Assembly: GCF_001194135.2 (NCBI RefSeq)
Contig: NC_068983.1
Location: forward strand, 149,393,208 to 149,457,207
Reading direction: 5' to 3'
DNA: 64,000 nucleotides
Origin: Octopus bimaculoides
Taxonomy: Eukaryota
Part shown: piece by piece, positions 24,339 to 36,924 of the stretch
How the letters are laid out: the number at the start of each line of letters is the position of its first letter
How positions within the stretch are numbered: position 1 is the first letter of the stretch
Program-made: the position numbers and the translations under genes
Notes under the pieces: generated by a model
What the model was told of the DNA's origin: nothing
Databases searched by the model: none
What the model saw: the letters and a program-made list of their open reading frames with translations, nothing else

Positions 24339-26150
24339 CCATCATCTAATGTCCGCTTTCCATGCTGGCATGGGTTAGACGGTTTAACTGGAACTAGTAA
24401 GCCAGAGAGCTGCACCAGGTTTCAATCTGATTTGGCATGGTTTCTACAACCGGATGCCCTTACTAACGCCAGCCACTATAAGAGTGTAATAGGTGCTTTT
24501 TACATGCCATTGGCATGACACTGACAATGGCCATAACTACGATTCCACTTGGCCTGATGAGTCTTCTCAAGCACAGCATATCACCAAAGGTCTTCGTCAC
24601 TTGTTATCGCCTCTGTGAGGCTCAGCATTCAAAGGTTGTGCTTCACCACCTCGCCACTGTGAGGCCCAACATTCAAAGATCATACTACAGACAACAGCCA
24701 TAATTATGATTTCACGGGTGCCATTTACATGACAATGGCCAAAATTACGATTTCACAGATGCCATTTACATGACACCAGCAATGGCCATGAATACTATTT
24801 CACTTGGCTTGATGAGTCTTCTCAAGCACAGCATATTGCCAGTGGTCTTGGTCACTTGTCGCTGCCTCCATGAGGCCCAACATTCAAAGATTATGCTTCA
24901 CCACCTCGTCCCATGTCTCTTTATGCAGCTGTCCTCATCCATATGTGTCACATGACCATACCAGCACATTCGTCTCTCTTGCACATCACATCTGATGCCT
25001 CTTGTGCCCAGTTTTCAAAACACAAGACACTTACACTCTGTCACACATGCACACTGTCATGGCAATCCAGCGAAGCATTCTGGCTTCATTTCTTTCAAGC
25101 CTTTGCATGTCCTCTGTGGTCACAGCCCACATTGCACTGCCATGGAACGTGGATGCTGTGTTCGCACAGTCATCATACAGTCTGCTTTTCATTCTAAGAG
25201 AGAGGCTGTTTGTTATCAACAGAGGTAGAATCTCTCTGAACTTTGCTCAGTCTATTCTTATTCTAGCAGCTACACTCTCAGAGCATTCACCTCCACTGCT
25301 AACTTGTTCACCTAGATAATAGAAGCTATCAATTATTTCTAGGTATCCCCCTGGCATTTGATGGAGTCTATTTTCTGTACATTTCTAGTGTTTATTGTAC
25401 CTGTACACAAAGAGTATTTTCCTTGTTAACCTTCCTCTGATATTGCTGCACCTCTTATGTGCCCATTGCTTGCACCAGATACACTTTATGGAGTTTGTAC
25501 CTACACCTTTTCTACATATTGAGTAGGGCCATCTACCTGAAGGGATTTGTGATTTGTCTTATTCACTAAGACTTTAGTTTTTGCTAAATTAATTCTAAGG
25601 CCCTTTCATTCTAGCTAGACCTTGCTTCCACACCTGAAATTTTGTCTCCAGTTCTGATGATGATTCAGTTTTAAGAACAAGGTCATCAGGATAGAGGAGC
25701 TCCCAGGCGCAGTTTGACTTAAATTCCTGTCTGAGGACTGCTCCTTGATGTACCCCTACTTGTCCCCTGAGGGGTCTGAGGACTTATCCTTAGTGTACCC
25801 CTACTTATACCCTGAATTCATTGCTATGCTCGTTGCCAACCCTCACTTTAATGACAGCATCCCTGTACATGGCTTGTACAGCTTTCACCAACCACTCTTT
25901 TATCCCTAGTTTCCACATTGACCACTAGATAAGAGAGCAGGGAAACCTGTCAAAGGCTTTCTCTATGTCAACAAAAGTCAAATACAGAGGTTTATTTTTG
26001 GCTAGGTACTTACTCAGACACACCGTATCTACATTACATGTATCCCTAATTTTTTTCAAGATGGTAGAGTATAATACAAGGGAAGCTCTCTGGTATATCT
26101 TGTCAAGTCTACTTTTTGCAATCTGTGTCACTGAAGCAACCAATTTAAAT
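24339..26150 (-). mobile_element. RTE LINE relic (about 1.8 kb) with RT domain, C-terminus and duplicated ORF end in the 3' UTR
   Basis: KYLAKNKPLYLTFVDIEKAFDR, VGVHQG (duplicated), WELLYPDDLVL (YADD-equivalent), GRWPYSICRKGVG, RLYDDCANTASTFHGSAMWAVTTEDMQRLERNEARMLRW. Confidence 0.9.
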
Positions 26151-26588
26151 AGATGTTTTTAGTGATAACCATTGTTTTTGTATTGTGAAGTAGGCTGTCC
26201 TGAAAGTTTGGATTTAAAACATGTGGTCAGATGGAGATTTGAACAGAATCAAGTTGCCAGGAGGCTGTAAATTCCCTTGCTGGATTATTTTTTATTCTTT
26301 TGCTAACATCATTTAACACTACAAAAATAGAATGCTTGCAGTTTTGTAGAAATTTAACTGATATGATAAATTTTTGTGTAATGTTTAAAGATTTTACTCC
26401 CCTTTTCCTGCGCAAATTGTATTGCTAGACAATCTATTGAAATATTATTTTTACCCAATGTATAAATACTATTGTTACAATATTTTCATCCATTTTAAGG
26501 ATATTTGAATACAATTGGTGGAGATTTGATTGGATGAGTGATTATATAGAAGTTCATTTATAAATAAAGAGACAAAATGGACAAAATG

Positions 26589-26699
26589 TATGTAGGAAAA
26601 GGAGCCTGGTGTTGCCATCCGGTTTCACCAGTCCTCAGTCAAATCGTCCAACCCATGCTAGCATGGAAAGTGGACGTTAAACGATGATGATGATGATGA
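26589..26699 (+). mobile_element. Short young RTE tail insertion
   Basis: GGAGCCTGGTGTTGCCATCCGG...CCCATGCTAGCATGG...(GAT)n, flanked on both sides by GAAAAGG-like sequence (possible TSD with microhomology). Confidence 0.9.
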
Positions 26700-26899
26700 A
26701 AAGGCAAGAAGATTGGGTTGATGACTAACAGGCTGTATATCAATAAATCCTGTTTCAAATGGACTTTGAAGTCAGTGGTTGTGGTGGCAGTTTAAATTGA
26801 ATGAATACAATAAGTAGGCCTGAAGTGTACAAGCAATATACTGTTGTCATGGTTACATAACTAACTACCTGTGTCATACATTTGCAGAAATTAAATTCC

Positions 26900-27122
26900 T
26901 TTCTCTCGCTCTTACTTCCTGTTTCTGTTGTGCCTGTAATTCAAAGGGTCAGCCTCGTCAAACTGTGTCACGCTGAATATGCCCGAGAACTACGTTAAGG
27001 GTACACGTGTCTGTGGAGTGCTTAGCCACTTGCATGTTAATTTCACGAGCAGGCTGTTCCGTTGATCAGATCGACTGGAACTCTCGATGTCATAAGCAAT
27101 GGAGTGCAAACAACAACAACAA
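26900..27122 (+). mobile_element. SINE family D, 3' half
   Basis: CTTACTTCCTGTTTCTGTTGTGCCTGTAATTCAAAGGGTCAGCC...(AAC)n is near-identical to the reverse complement of 53975-54190. Confidence 0.85.
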
Positions 27123-27326
27123 GTTCATAACATTAAGAAAATGAGAGACATGAGGAAAATTTGGTGTCAATTTTATGCATTTAGGTAAACTGATTGCCCA
27201 ATATCTTGTCTATTTAGTTATTTCATTTCTACATACTTGGAGTATATAATTAAACTTTTTCATAGCCCCTTAAATACATTAAAATTTTTCTCATTGGCTC
27301 ACTTAGCTAGCATGAAATTTATTGTC

Positions 27327-27635
27327 TTCATCAGCATCATTTAACATCCACTTTCCATGCTGGTATGGGTTGGATGGTTTGACTGGAACTGGTAAGCCAA
27401 GGAGCTGCACCAGCTTCAGTCTGATTTTGTATGGTTTCTATGACTGGATGCCCTCCCTAACACCAACCACTCCAAGAGTGCAATGGGTGCTTTTACGTGC
27501 TACCAGCATAACACCAGCAATGGCCACAACTACAATTTCACTTGGTTTGACAAGTTTTCTCAGCACAGCATCACCAAAGACCTCAGTCACTTGTCCATCG
27601 CCTCCGTGAGGCCCAACATGCAAAAGATCATACTA
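27327..27635 (-). mobile_element. Mid-age RTE 3' end
   Basis: Diverged terminal module, preceded on the minus strand by GLTEAMD...FGDAVLRKLVKPS-like ORF2 end sequence. Confidence 0.8.
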
Positions 27636-27849
27636 CTGCCATTAGTAATCTTCCGCTATTGTTTCACCCACTAAAGTCATTACCTATAGTCTATTGACCT
27701 GTCGAAACATCAATGAACAATCCATGTTTATGCTGTGATCCACAAGACAATTACAATATAACAGCACTATAAGTTGGTGAAACACCATTTATTCAATACT
27801 AGTAGAGATACCCAGCATTGCTTGGGATTAAAATGGCATAGTTTGTTAT

Positions 27850-28612
27850 TGTTTTACATGTTTCAGTTATGTGACTGTAGCCATGCTGCAGCACTGTCTT
27901 TAGTCGAACAAATCGACCCCAGGATTTATTCTTTGTAAGCCTAGTACTTGTTCTATCAGTGTATTTTGCCGAACTGCTAAATTATGGGGATGTAAACACA
28001 GCAACATTGGTTGTCAAATGATGGTGGGGTATGAACACAGGCACACACAAAAATATATACACATATTCACGAAATCCACTCACAAGGCTTCAGTTGGACT
28101 GTAGCTGTAGTATATCTAATATATATACATACATACATATATATGTGTGTGTGTGTGTATATATGTGTATGTATATGTGTTTGTGTGTGTGTATATATAT
28201 GTATGTGTGTATGTATATGTGTATATGTGTGTGTGTATGTGTATATGTATGTATATATATATATATATATATATATANNNNNNNNNNNNNNNNNNNNNNN
28301 NNNNNNTATATATCTGTGTATGTATATATATGTGTGTGTATATATGTATGTATATATATGTGTGTGTATATATGTATATATATATATGTTTGCATATATA
28401 TGTGTGTGTGTGTGTATATATATGCTCATTTACAATCATCACATGATATCCAGACAAGATACACACAGACACATATACGACAGGCTACTTTCGGTTTCCA
28501 TCTAACAAATCCACTCACAAGGCTTGAGACCCTAGTAGAAGACACTTGCCCAAGGTGTTAAACAGTAGGACTGAACCCAAAACCAAGCTTCTTAACTACA
28601 TAGCCATACCTG
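27850..28612 (-). mobile_element. SINE family A with its internal microsatellite expanded to about 300 bp of compound (TA/TG)n, containing an N gap
   Basis: Both halves of family A flank the microsatellite. AAATCCACTCACAAGGCTT occurs on both sides of the tract. Confidence 0.8.
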
Positions 28613-28674
28613 AACCTATTCTGGATTTATATTGTTGATCTAGTTTCTTAAAAGGCAATAAGGGACGATATCAG

Positions 28675-28910
28675 TGTTCTGTGGATTATAACCAACTTGT
28701 TAATAAGAGCTAAGATTGAGAGCTTCTATGTGGTCACTCCACCTGTTATAGCAGCCAAATCTTTCTCAGAATCAAATCCTATCATCTTAATAAATGAAGA
28801 ACACATTAGATCATATAGTCTTGGCTACATTATGCCTGAATATAAAAATGGGTGGGTCAGAGCTTGAATGCTCTGCTTGATCAGTGTTGATGTGAGACTG
28901 AACAATAACA
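28675..28910 (+). mobile_element. Repeat family C copy
   Basis: GTTATAGCAGCCAAATCTTTCTCAGAATC...CTGCTTGATCAGTGTTGATGTGAGACTGAACAATAAC. Confidence 0.7.
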
Positions 28911-29705
28911 GATTGTCAACTTGTTGAACAAGATTCTATGAGAAGAATAGCTTAAGGTACTGGAACTTGTAGAGACCACTCTGACATATTGACATAGATA
29001 CATTATGCTAGTTTCTGTAATACTCCAGTTAGAAATGCACTGAACCATATAAAATGTTAATTTGACATTCTATAGCTTCTCTTTTAAAATAAGTATAGAA
29101 TATGAATGTTGAAAGTGACTGAAAACTATAACAGACAATTATATACAAGCATTTTCTGGTTATAGCCAATGTTATTTTCTTTAACTTAATTATTAGTGTC
29201 ATATATCTGTTAGCTGTTGGTGTACCATTGAAGACTATGTTTATGCAGTGTATCTAGGACACTAGCTCATCTGAGCCTATCCCTCTCCACGCTAACAAAT
29301 TATTTATCAAGTTTATAATACTATACTCCCCCGCAATACATATTTTATCCTATTGACTTAATTAATTACATTCACTCCAAATAATATCAATCCCTAAAAA
29401 GTATTTCCTTCTTATTTCACTCCATTTTATATTTTCCTTATTTTATTACTTCTTCTAAGTGTTTCATCTGCTTGCTTATCTATCAGTCTTGCCAAAGAAG
29501 TCAACACACAACATGCATCCTATAATTTATTATATGATGGATATATAACATCTTATACATGATAAGCTGCGTGATACAACATTTGCAAGATACATCTTGG
29601 TTAGCCATTATTTAGCTCACCCTAACAATTTTACCTTTATAAAACAATGAAGTCACTTAGCCTACTAGAAATAGCAACTAAATCTTCCTCAGATTACACT
29701 ATACT

Positions 29706-29975
29706 CATCATCATCATCGTTTAATGTCCGCTTTCCATGCTAGCATGGGTTGGACGATCTGACTGAGGACTGGTGAAACCAGATGGCTACACCAGGCTCC
29801 AATCTGATTTGGCAGAGTTTCTACAGCTGGATGGCCTTCCTAACGCCAACCACTCCGAGAGTGAAGTGGATGCTTTTACATGCCACTGACACGAAGGCCA
29901 GTCAAGCGCTACTGGCAACGGCCACGCTCAAAATGGTGTATTTTATGTGCCACCCACACAAGAGCCAGTCCAGAA
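29706..29975 (-). mobile_element. Young RTE 3' UTR copy inserted next to a family C fragment
   Basis: (CAT)nCGTTTAATGTCCGCTTTCCATGCTAGCATGGG plus one and a half array units. Confidence 0.9.
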
Positions 29976-30149
29976 GCACTGTTGTTATATAGATATACAA
30001 AAGAAAAAATGTAATGCTTTTTGATCATAGATCTGCTTAGGCAGAGCCGACTTAGATTCAACAACAATAACATATCTTACTACTGGGTTTTGCAGCTGTA
30101 AAATGACATGACACTTGCTGTCGTAACTATTCCTTGATTGGAACCAATA

Positions 30150-30345
30150 GGGGAGCCTCTGTATGGTTGCTCTATCCTTTAGAAATAGCAGCCACATCTT
30201 CAAATCATGCCCTGCTGTATTAAAAAAATAAGAGCACATTGGATTAATGTCCAAGATACACTACACAATAGCAGACATGATGGTTAAGGGTGAAATGCCT
30301 TCATCATAGGTATGTTTGATGAGGGTTGACCTGAAATTGGACAAC
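30150..30345 (+). mobile_element. Repeat family C copy
   Basis: GGGAGCCTCTGTATGG...TAGAAATAGCAGCCACATC...GAGGGTTGACCTGAAATTGGACAACCAC. Confidence 0.7.
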
Positions 30346-30588
30346 CACAGTTACTGCAGTCCAATTTATCAGTATCTGCTGTTTATGTTCATACTTTCTG
30401 ATAGATTTAGTCATCCTGTGTAGCATGATATGATTTTCACCACTTAGGTTTACAGTCATATAAGTCAGTTTGTGTCTTGTATGTCTACATTTGATAAACT
30501 GTGTTTGGAATAGGTGTGATACTTATATTTACATTTTGGCTGCACACTGATTAGAAAGCATTTTGTTTCTAATTATTTTTAATTTTAG

Positions 30589-30619
30589 GTGTTGAAGTTT
30601 TTTTATTGTCATGTTTCTG
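30589..30619 (+). other. Candidate 31-nt small exon
   Basis: Acceptor ttatttttaattttag| and donor CTG|gtaaat. Confidence 0.2.
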
Positions 30620-30969
30620 GTAAATATTTTCTTAGATAGCAGAAATTGCAATTTTTCTGTTAAATATTAATTGATAAGTTTTCATTAGGAACCTCCACTC
30701 AAAAAATAACTGATTCGAAAATTGAGTCAAGTACAATTATTAGAAACCAACTCAAATCAGACTGGAACCAGCATGCCAGCTTCAGTCAAACTGTCCAACC
30801 CATGCCAGCATGTAAAATGGGCATTAAAGGATCATCATCATCAAAGAAGCTAGTGATGGAAGTTTTGCAGAGCTGTACAGAATGGCACAAGACAGACATG
30901 GATGAAAGGCCACAAAGGCTCAATTATTTTAACCCTCCATCTGGAGAGAGAGAGAGAGATTGAGAAAGA

Positions 30970-31390
30970 GGCAGAGGTGAAAATGTTCCATTCATTAGTT
31001 CTTTTATCCATCCAGCTTGTTCTGAGAATGAGTCTAAAACACCATTGTTCAAATGCTTCAATTTCCCTTTTATCAATTTTCTTTATAATCCAGCATTCAG
31101 CTCCATAGGTAGCTATTCTGAACAGTAATGAATTGAGGAGTCGCTTTTTATTTGCAAGGAGATGACTTTATTCTTTCATATGTTGTTCTGTGATATCATG
31201 ATATTCTTGGCTATGTTAAGTCTTCTCTTGATTCTGTCATTGTAGTCATTAGTAATAAGAGTACCAAGATACACAAATTCTTTTATATCTTCAATATTTT
31301 CATTGTTTATTTTTATGCAGTTTTGTTCATTGTTGTGCTTTTAGCTATTTTCACTACGTTCATTTTGGGGGGAGCTTAGATGAAGTCCAA
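30970..31390 (-). mobile_element. RTE-BovB-type LINE ORF2 fragment, distinct from the dominant RTE family
   Basis: Minus strand reads IKINNENIEDIKEFVYLGTLIT...IKRRLNIAK...ATYGAECWIIKKIDKREIEAFEQWCFRLILRTSWMDKRTNE, the classic BovB-like C-terminal region. Confidence 0.8.
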
Positions 31391-32289
31391 CTTGAGTACT
31401 TGCATCATTTCTCTATTAACTAAGTCCTGTAGTGTTTGCATGCTTCCAGTGTTTGCATTGTCTCCATACTTCAGACTTGTGATGACCTCGCCCTAAAATT
31501 TAAAGTCTTTGTGCCTAATCAAAAGAAACCAAATATAATTTTTAAGTAAATTATATTAAAAACTTATTATATTTGATTTTTTTTTTTTTTTAATCACCTG
31601 ATAGGCTCATGAAGGTTCTCCAATCATCCAATGTAGTGCTAAGTTTATCCGATTTATTTTGAAACCCTTCATTGAGTGTCTGACAATTGCACACAACACA
31701 ATGGCTTTAGAAAAACACATATTCATGAGATGTCTACTGCTATTAGACATAGTATTAGACAACCTGAACTGACCTACTTTACTTCCATGTGCTGTTTTTT
31801 TGTTGTTTTTTTTTTATTATGATTCTACTAATGCTTGTCACTTCTGAAAGACAGTCAGAAAAATAACAAAAAAATAATGTTAAAATATACTCATTTACAT
31901 CTTTGAATAAGGGGAAAATGAAATAGCTAACTTTGTGGCAAACCAACCTCTTATGCTACAATTATATAACCAGAAACAGATAATTAACAAAATCAAATTA
32001 TAAATGTATTGAGTTACTGTTTGTGCTTTAAACCTTTATTATAATAATACATTTATGGTACTAAGAATTATCACACCCTACAAACAATGCTATAATTGTA
32101 GTATATATTAGATTGCCTGCATTAAAACAAATTGTATAATATTCAGTAAAGTGGATGGTTTATATGTGGAGTGTACATGCCAAGAAATTTGAAAAATTTC
32201 AATTTTGCTCTTCACAAATTTCATATGCAAGATTTGTGTTTGGTTATACAATATCATGCTAATTTCTTTTAAATATTCACAGGTTTCTC

Positions 32290-32780
32290 TCCATGTCACC
32301 ATTAAACCTTTATAAACCTATAACATTCCTTTCTCTCCATCTCCCACTCTCCTTTCACAGTCTTGTGAATTTACCCACCCACTCACCCTATCCATTCCCT
32401 GGTCCATTTCACTATATACACCTCCCCGTAACTTGGGTGTATGCCCCATCACATATTCACCATTTTATGTCTCATTTCTTTACACACTCTCTTTCTCTCT
32501 CTCTCTCTCTCTCTTCTCTCTCCAACTGCTGTATCTCCTCTACTTATCACCTGGTAATATTACTCTCCACTAAGCTGAGGGGTCTTGTCCTGCAACTTAC
32601 TTGGTAACCTGCAACTTACTTGTTGGTGCCATGTAAAAAGCACCCTGTACACTCTGTAAAGTGGTTGGCATTTGGAAGGGCATCTAGCTGTAGAAATATG
32701 CCAAAGCAGACAGCAGAACTTGATGCAGTTTTCTGACTTAGCGTGGATGGAGGACATCAAATGATGGATGATGATGAATG
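32290..32780 (+). mobile_element. Old RTE subfamily 3' UTR (pyrimidine-rich body plus terminal module)
   Basis: C/T-rich body followed by GGTGCCATGTAAAAAGCACCC...GGCATTTGGAAGGGCATCTAGCTGTAGAAA...GATGATGATG. Confidence 0.7.
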
Positions 32781-32967
32781 TCCTCATATATACTTCATAT
32801 AGTCTATCTCAAACACAAGTGAAAGCTGACTGACTATAGAATTTCTAATGCAGACACAAGGTCACAGTCTTGTGGGAGGGATATTGTAGTTATAGTGACT
32901 TAAGCACTTATTTTATTGGCTGTTGATGGAGGAAGAGCAAAGTTGACTTCAGTAGTATTTGGACTTA

Positions 32968-33660
32968 GGCGGTACTGGCAACGGCCACGCTCAAAATGGT
33001 GTATTTTATGCGCAACTTGCACTGGAGCCAGTCCAGCGGCACTGGCAATGATCTCGCTCGAATGTCTTTACACGTGTCACCAGCACAAGTGCCAGGAAGG
33101 CAACACTGGGCACAGGTGCCATCACAATTTCGCTTTTGCTTGCCCCAACAGGTCTTCGCAAGCTGAGTTTCGTGTCCAATGAAGGAGACGATGTGGGCAT
33201 GGGTGCCAGTCAACGAATTTAGTTCGATTTCGATGTCACTTGGTTCAACAGGTCTTCACAAGCGGAGTTTAGTTTCCAATGAAGGAAGGTACGCATAAGT
33301 GGGCTGGCTACACCGCTGGCAGAGGCCTTGGATTTAGGTCTCACTTGGCTTGCCGGGTCTTCTCACACACAGCATATTTCCAAAGGTCTCGGTTAGAAGT
33401 CATGGCCTCGGTGAGGCCCAATGTTTGAAGGTCGTACCTCACCACCTCATCCCAGGTCTTCCTGGGCCTACCTCTTCCACAGGTTCCCTCAACTGCTAGG
33501 GTGTGGCACTTTTTCACACAGCTATCCTAATCCATTCTCGCCACATGACCATACCAGCGCAATCATCTCTCTTGCACACCACAACTGATCCTTCTTAGGT
33601 CCAACTTTTCTCTCAAGGTACTTACGCTCTGTCGAGTGTGCACATTGACATTACACGGAT
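32968..33660 (-). mobile_element. RTE LINE ORF2 C-terminus plus partial 3' UTR, lacking the terminal module
   Basis: CNVNVHTRQSVSTLREKLDLRRISCGVQER*LRWYGHVARMD*DSCVKKCHTLAVEGTCGRGRPRKTWDEVVRYDLQTLGLTEAMTSNRDLWKYAVCEKTRQAK*. Confidence 0.9.
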
Positions 33661-33679
33661 AGGCACATGGGTAATATGA

Positions 33680-34060
33680 ATAGACAAGCACACATACACA
33701 CACATATATGCAAATGAAGACTAAAACACATGACCATATACACACGCACTTCACTTCACACAAGGACACATATGAAGACACACATCCACACATAGAGATA
33801 CACATCCACACATACAGACACTGTACATCGTCAACAAAAACCCATACACAGATACACTCAGACATGCACACACAAGGAGACAGAGGTACACACACTCACA
33901 CACATGCAAACACATAAAAACACAAACGCATGAATATGCAGAATACATACATACACAAACACATGAATATGCAGAATACACACATACATACATACATGCA
34001 TACATACATGTGTATATGCACACACACACTGAATCACAAACATGTGCACAAACAAAAAGA
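33680..34060. repeat. Degenerate compound (CA/CATA)n microsatellite
   Basis: Read directly. Includes a duplicated CATGAATATGCAGAATACA unit. Confidence 0.85.
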
Positions 34061-34603
34061 ACACAGCTTGGATAACGGAAAGAGTCAACAACTATTGAAA
34101 TGGTTGCAAGACACAACGAAAATTTTAGAAAAATAAATAAGTAAATGAGTGGAAATTTTACCGGTGAGTGTGTTAATTCATAAGGCACTAAAAAAGAATG
34201 ACTCTCCCCAAACAAATTAGAATTTAATATTTTTCATTAAAACTGTTCCAAGTTAACCTGATAATTAGTTATTGCTAGACACAAGTGCATTGCTTTAAAA
34301 GTCTTTTTAAAGCTTTCTGGTTAAGAAGTTTGCTTCTCCACTCAGGGGTTCCAAGTGTCATACAGCGCCCATTTTTTGGAATGAAATTTGGCAGATAAGT
34401 TGGTCAGGTTTTGTGTGTGTGTATTAGTGTAAAATGGTATTTCAAGTTGCGTCCCTTTGCATGCAACCGAAAATGCATGCCTCAGAACAGTAGAAATTTT
34501 TACTTTCAATTTGGAAAGAGTTATTCCCCATACATCATCTTTCAACATTTTTTTAGTAAACTTTTGCAAAAATCTTGCGATATTCAGTATTTTTATAAAC
34601 TTT

Positions 34604-34650
34604 TCTCTCTCTCTCTCTCTCTCTCTCNNNNNNNNNNCTCTCACACACAC

Positions 34651-34692
<42 letters not shown>

Positions 34693-34706
34693 ACACACAC
34701 TCTCTC
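34604..34706. repeat. (CT)n-(CA)n compound microsatellite with an N gap
   Basis: Read directly. Confidence 0.95.
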
Positions 34707-34794
34707 TCAAAACCTCCCAATTTTCCAATCTTTAGAAACATTGCAGCGTGTCCCACTCCCACAAAGCGTTACTCCACTGAATCTATAATCTAGC

Positions 34795-35900
34795 TTCCTA
34801 TCGTATTTTCAACATCTCAAACGTGATGAAAACAGCCATTAGCAGGTGGTCTTCTCCAACACCTTGAATCTCTTTAATGACCACAGCTTTTGTGAAGCCA
34901 TATCTATAGGAAACCTACTCTCCTGATCTGCTCACAAGTGGGTTTCTGCCCTCAAGAAATTTGGTGCAAAATCTTATTGCCTTTGAAATCAGCAAATCTA
35001 TTGAGTATGTCTGGTATGTAAATCCCCAAGTAAAACTGGCTGTATTGGATTACTGTATTGGATTACTGGCTTCGTATTAGATTGCAGCATGAGCTGATGG
35101 ATCTCTTTTTAACCTACGTTCTATTAACTATGTTCTGCCACAAGATTTCAAGTTTGTCTCCATGTTTTGTATACATCAGTGACCTGCTTGTTGGTATCTT
35201 CAGCAATGCCTATTTCTAAGATTCTACTCTTTGTTGCTCTTTAACCTTTTGCACACAAGTGTCATTCTCCTGCAATCTATTTAGATATTTCATACTGAAA
35301 CTATACTGGCTCCACAAACAAAGTTTAGAAAAACATTCTCTTATAGAATATCAATCTTGTCTTTTTCAACAATACAAAGGCACAATTACTTTAAATATCA
35401 AGAAAGCATTATTGACCCGTCACCCCCACCTTAAACATGAACAACACACAACTGGAACCTTCAAGTTCATTAGAAATGCTTGGCTTCACCATCACCAAGG
35501 ATCCCTCTTGGTGAGTGAAAATACTTCAATACCACCAACTAATCCTATACAAAGCTCAGTTCATGTTGTGAGAGCCACAGTGGTGTATTGCTCAAATATC
35601 TTGGAAATGTTGCTGCTATTTACCTGTCTTACACCATGCAAAGAAAAGCCACTGATTGGTAGATACTGAGTCATTCACCAACAAACTCCAACTGCTGCTC
35701 CATGGGAAATTTTGTCTTTAACGCCACTGCAATATTAGCTTCTTCTTAGAATTGACTGGTCTAATATCATCTCCACTCAAGCATTTCTGACTCATCTCAT
35801 TCCTTTCCCACTCCTTCAGGCCATACTAACCATTACACCTAGTTCATCTTCTCCAGAACTTTGACTCTTTGGAATCCCTTCTCTACATACGCTTTTCAAC
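34795..35900 (+). mobile_element. Heavily decayed CR1/L2/Jockey-group LINE RT relic
   Basis: Fragments LLQHLES, LIAFEISKSIEYVWY (IALDISKAFDRVWH-like) and a C-terminal FFSRTLTLWNPL-like motif, with many indels. Confidence 0.55.
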
Positions 35901-36717
35901 TGTTAGTGTATTGCATAATTTTTTAGCTGAATTTTGTACCTTATTTCATCATTTCAAATGAGATTAAATGGTGATAATGATGATATATAACATGATACAT
36001 TGTAGAAGAGTAATGTTAACCATGTTGAGAACACACAAGAACTGTTATATTCAGTTTCATTAATTTCTGAATGATATCTTATGAAGTGTTAAAAATTTTC
36101 ATCAAGCTTACAACTTGGAACTTGGTCGCACACTCAATCCCACAGCAGTTATGTGTAAGTGTTCAAGTCACAGAAGTGTGGCACTTTTTGACATCTCACA
36201 GGATATGAGTAGAATCCATTCTACTCATCTATAATTTTGTGTGTGTATGTGTGCACAACTTTGTGTTTATGTATTTGGATGTAGATGAATGGAAAGGAAA
36301 AAAAGAATTACATTTTTTCGTGAAAGTATGCACATTTACAAGGTCGCTTAATTTGGAGTAAGGGCTTTTGTAATCTGATATTCTATCTATTTCTAAATTC
36401 TAATCTTTGTAGTGGGAGCAACAGCTATTTTTCCAAAACCGGGAATACTAAAATAAATGATTACTTTTGAATGTCAAAATGATTGGTAGCACATGTACTT
36501 CATTGTTTGCAAAATTCTCATAGAAACTGGTATAACCACGTGATTTCTTTGTATATATTTTCTGTAATGTGCTAGAACTTTATCTTAACAAAATCTCCAA
36601 AAAGAGGTATAGTAACCATTACAGGTACTGTGAGTAGTCTTGGGTTTGGAGGATTGATTTTTCACTTCCCTTTCATCTACTGAACTTTGTTTTTAATTGT
36701 GTCTCTGTGTGTGTATG

Positions 36718-36758
<41 letters not shown>

Positions 36759-36884
36759 TGACACACACTATTGATATATTTAGCATATGGCTGTCATATT
36801 TCTAATCTTATTATATGTATATCTTGAAAATTTTATTTATTAAAACAATCATCATTAACTGACTGTCTTTTTCATCTTTTGTAG

Positions 36885-36924
36885 GTAAGTATTTTCACAA
36901 GTAATATTTCCTACAACTACTCAG
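36885..36924 (+). other. 40-nt exon whose first six bases form a perfect donor (AG|GTAAGT): candidate recursive splice site with RS-exon
   Basis: Branch-like ACTGAC at about 36858-36863, tract gtctttttcatcttttgtag, then GTAAGT at 36885-36890 and a second donor CAG|gtaaga at 36925. Confidence 0.55.

Noticed and set aside
28031-28561. Cys/Val/Tyr/Ile- or His/Thr-rich ORFs (also 13610, 14349, 33563-34215, 34342-34788)
   Set aside because: Translations of dinucleotide microsatellites.
34344-34600. AT-rich fragments that look like DNA-transposon interiors (also 3220-3510, 39285-39500, 49000-49330, 52600-52810)
   Set aside because: No paired TIRs or TSDs identifiable by eye, so no family call is supportable.
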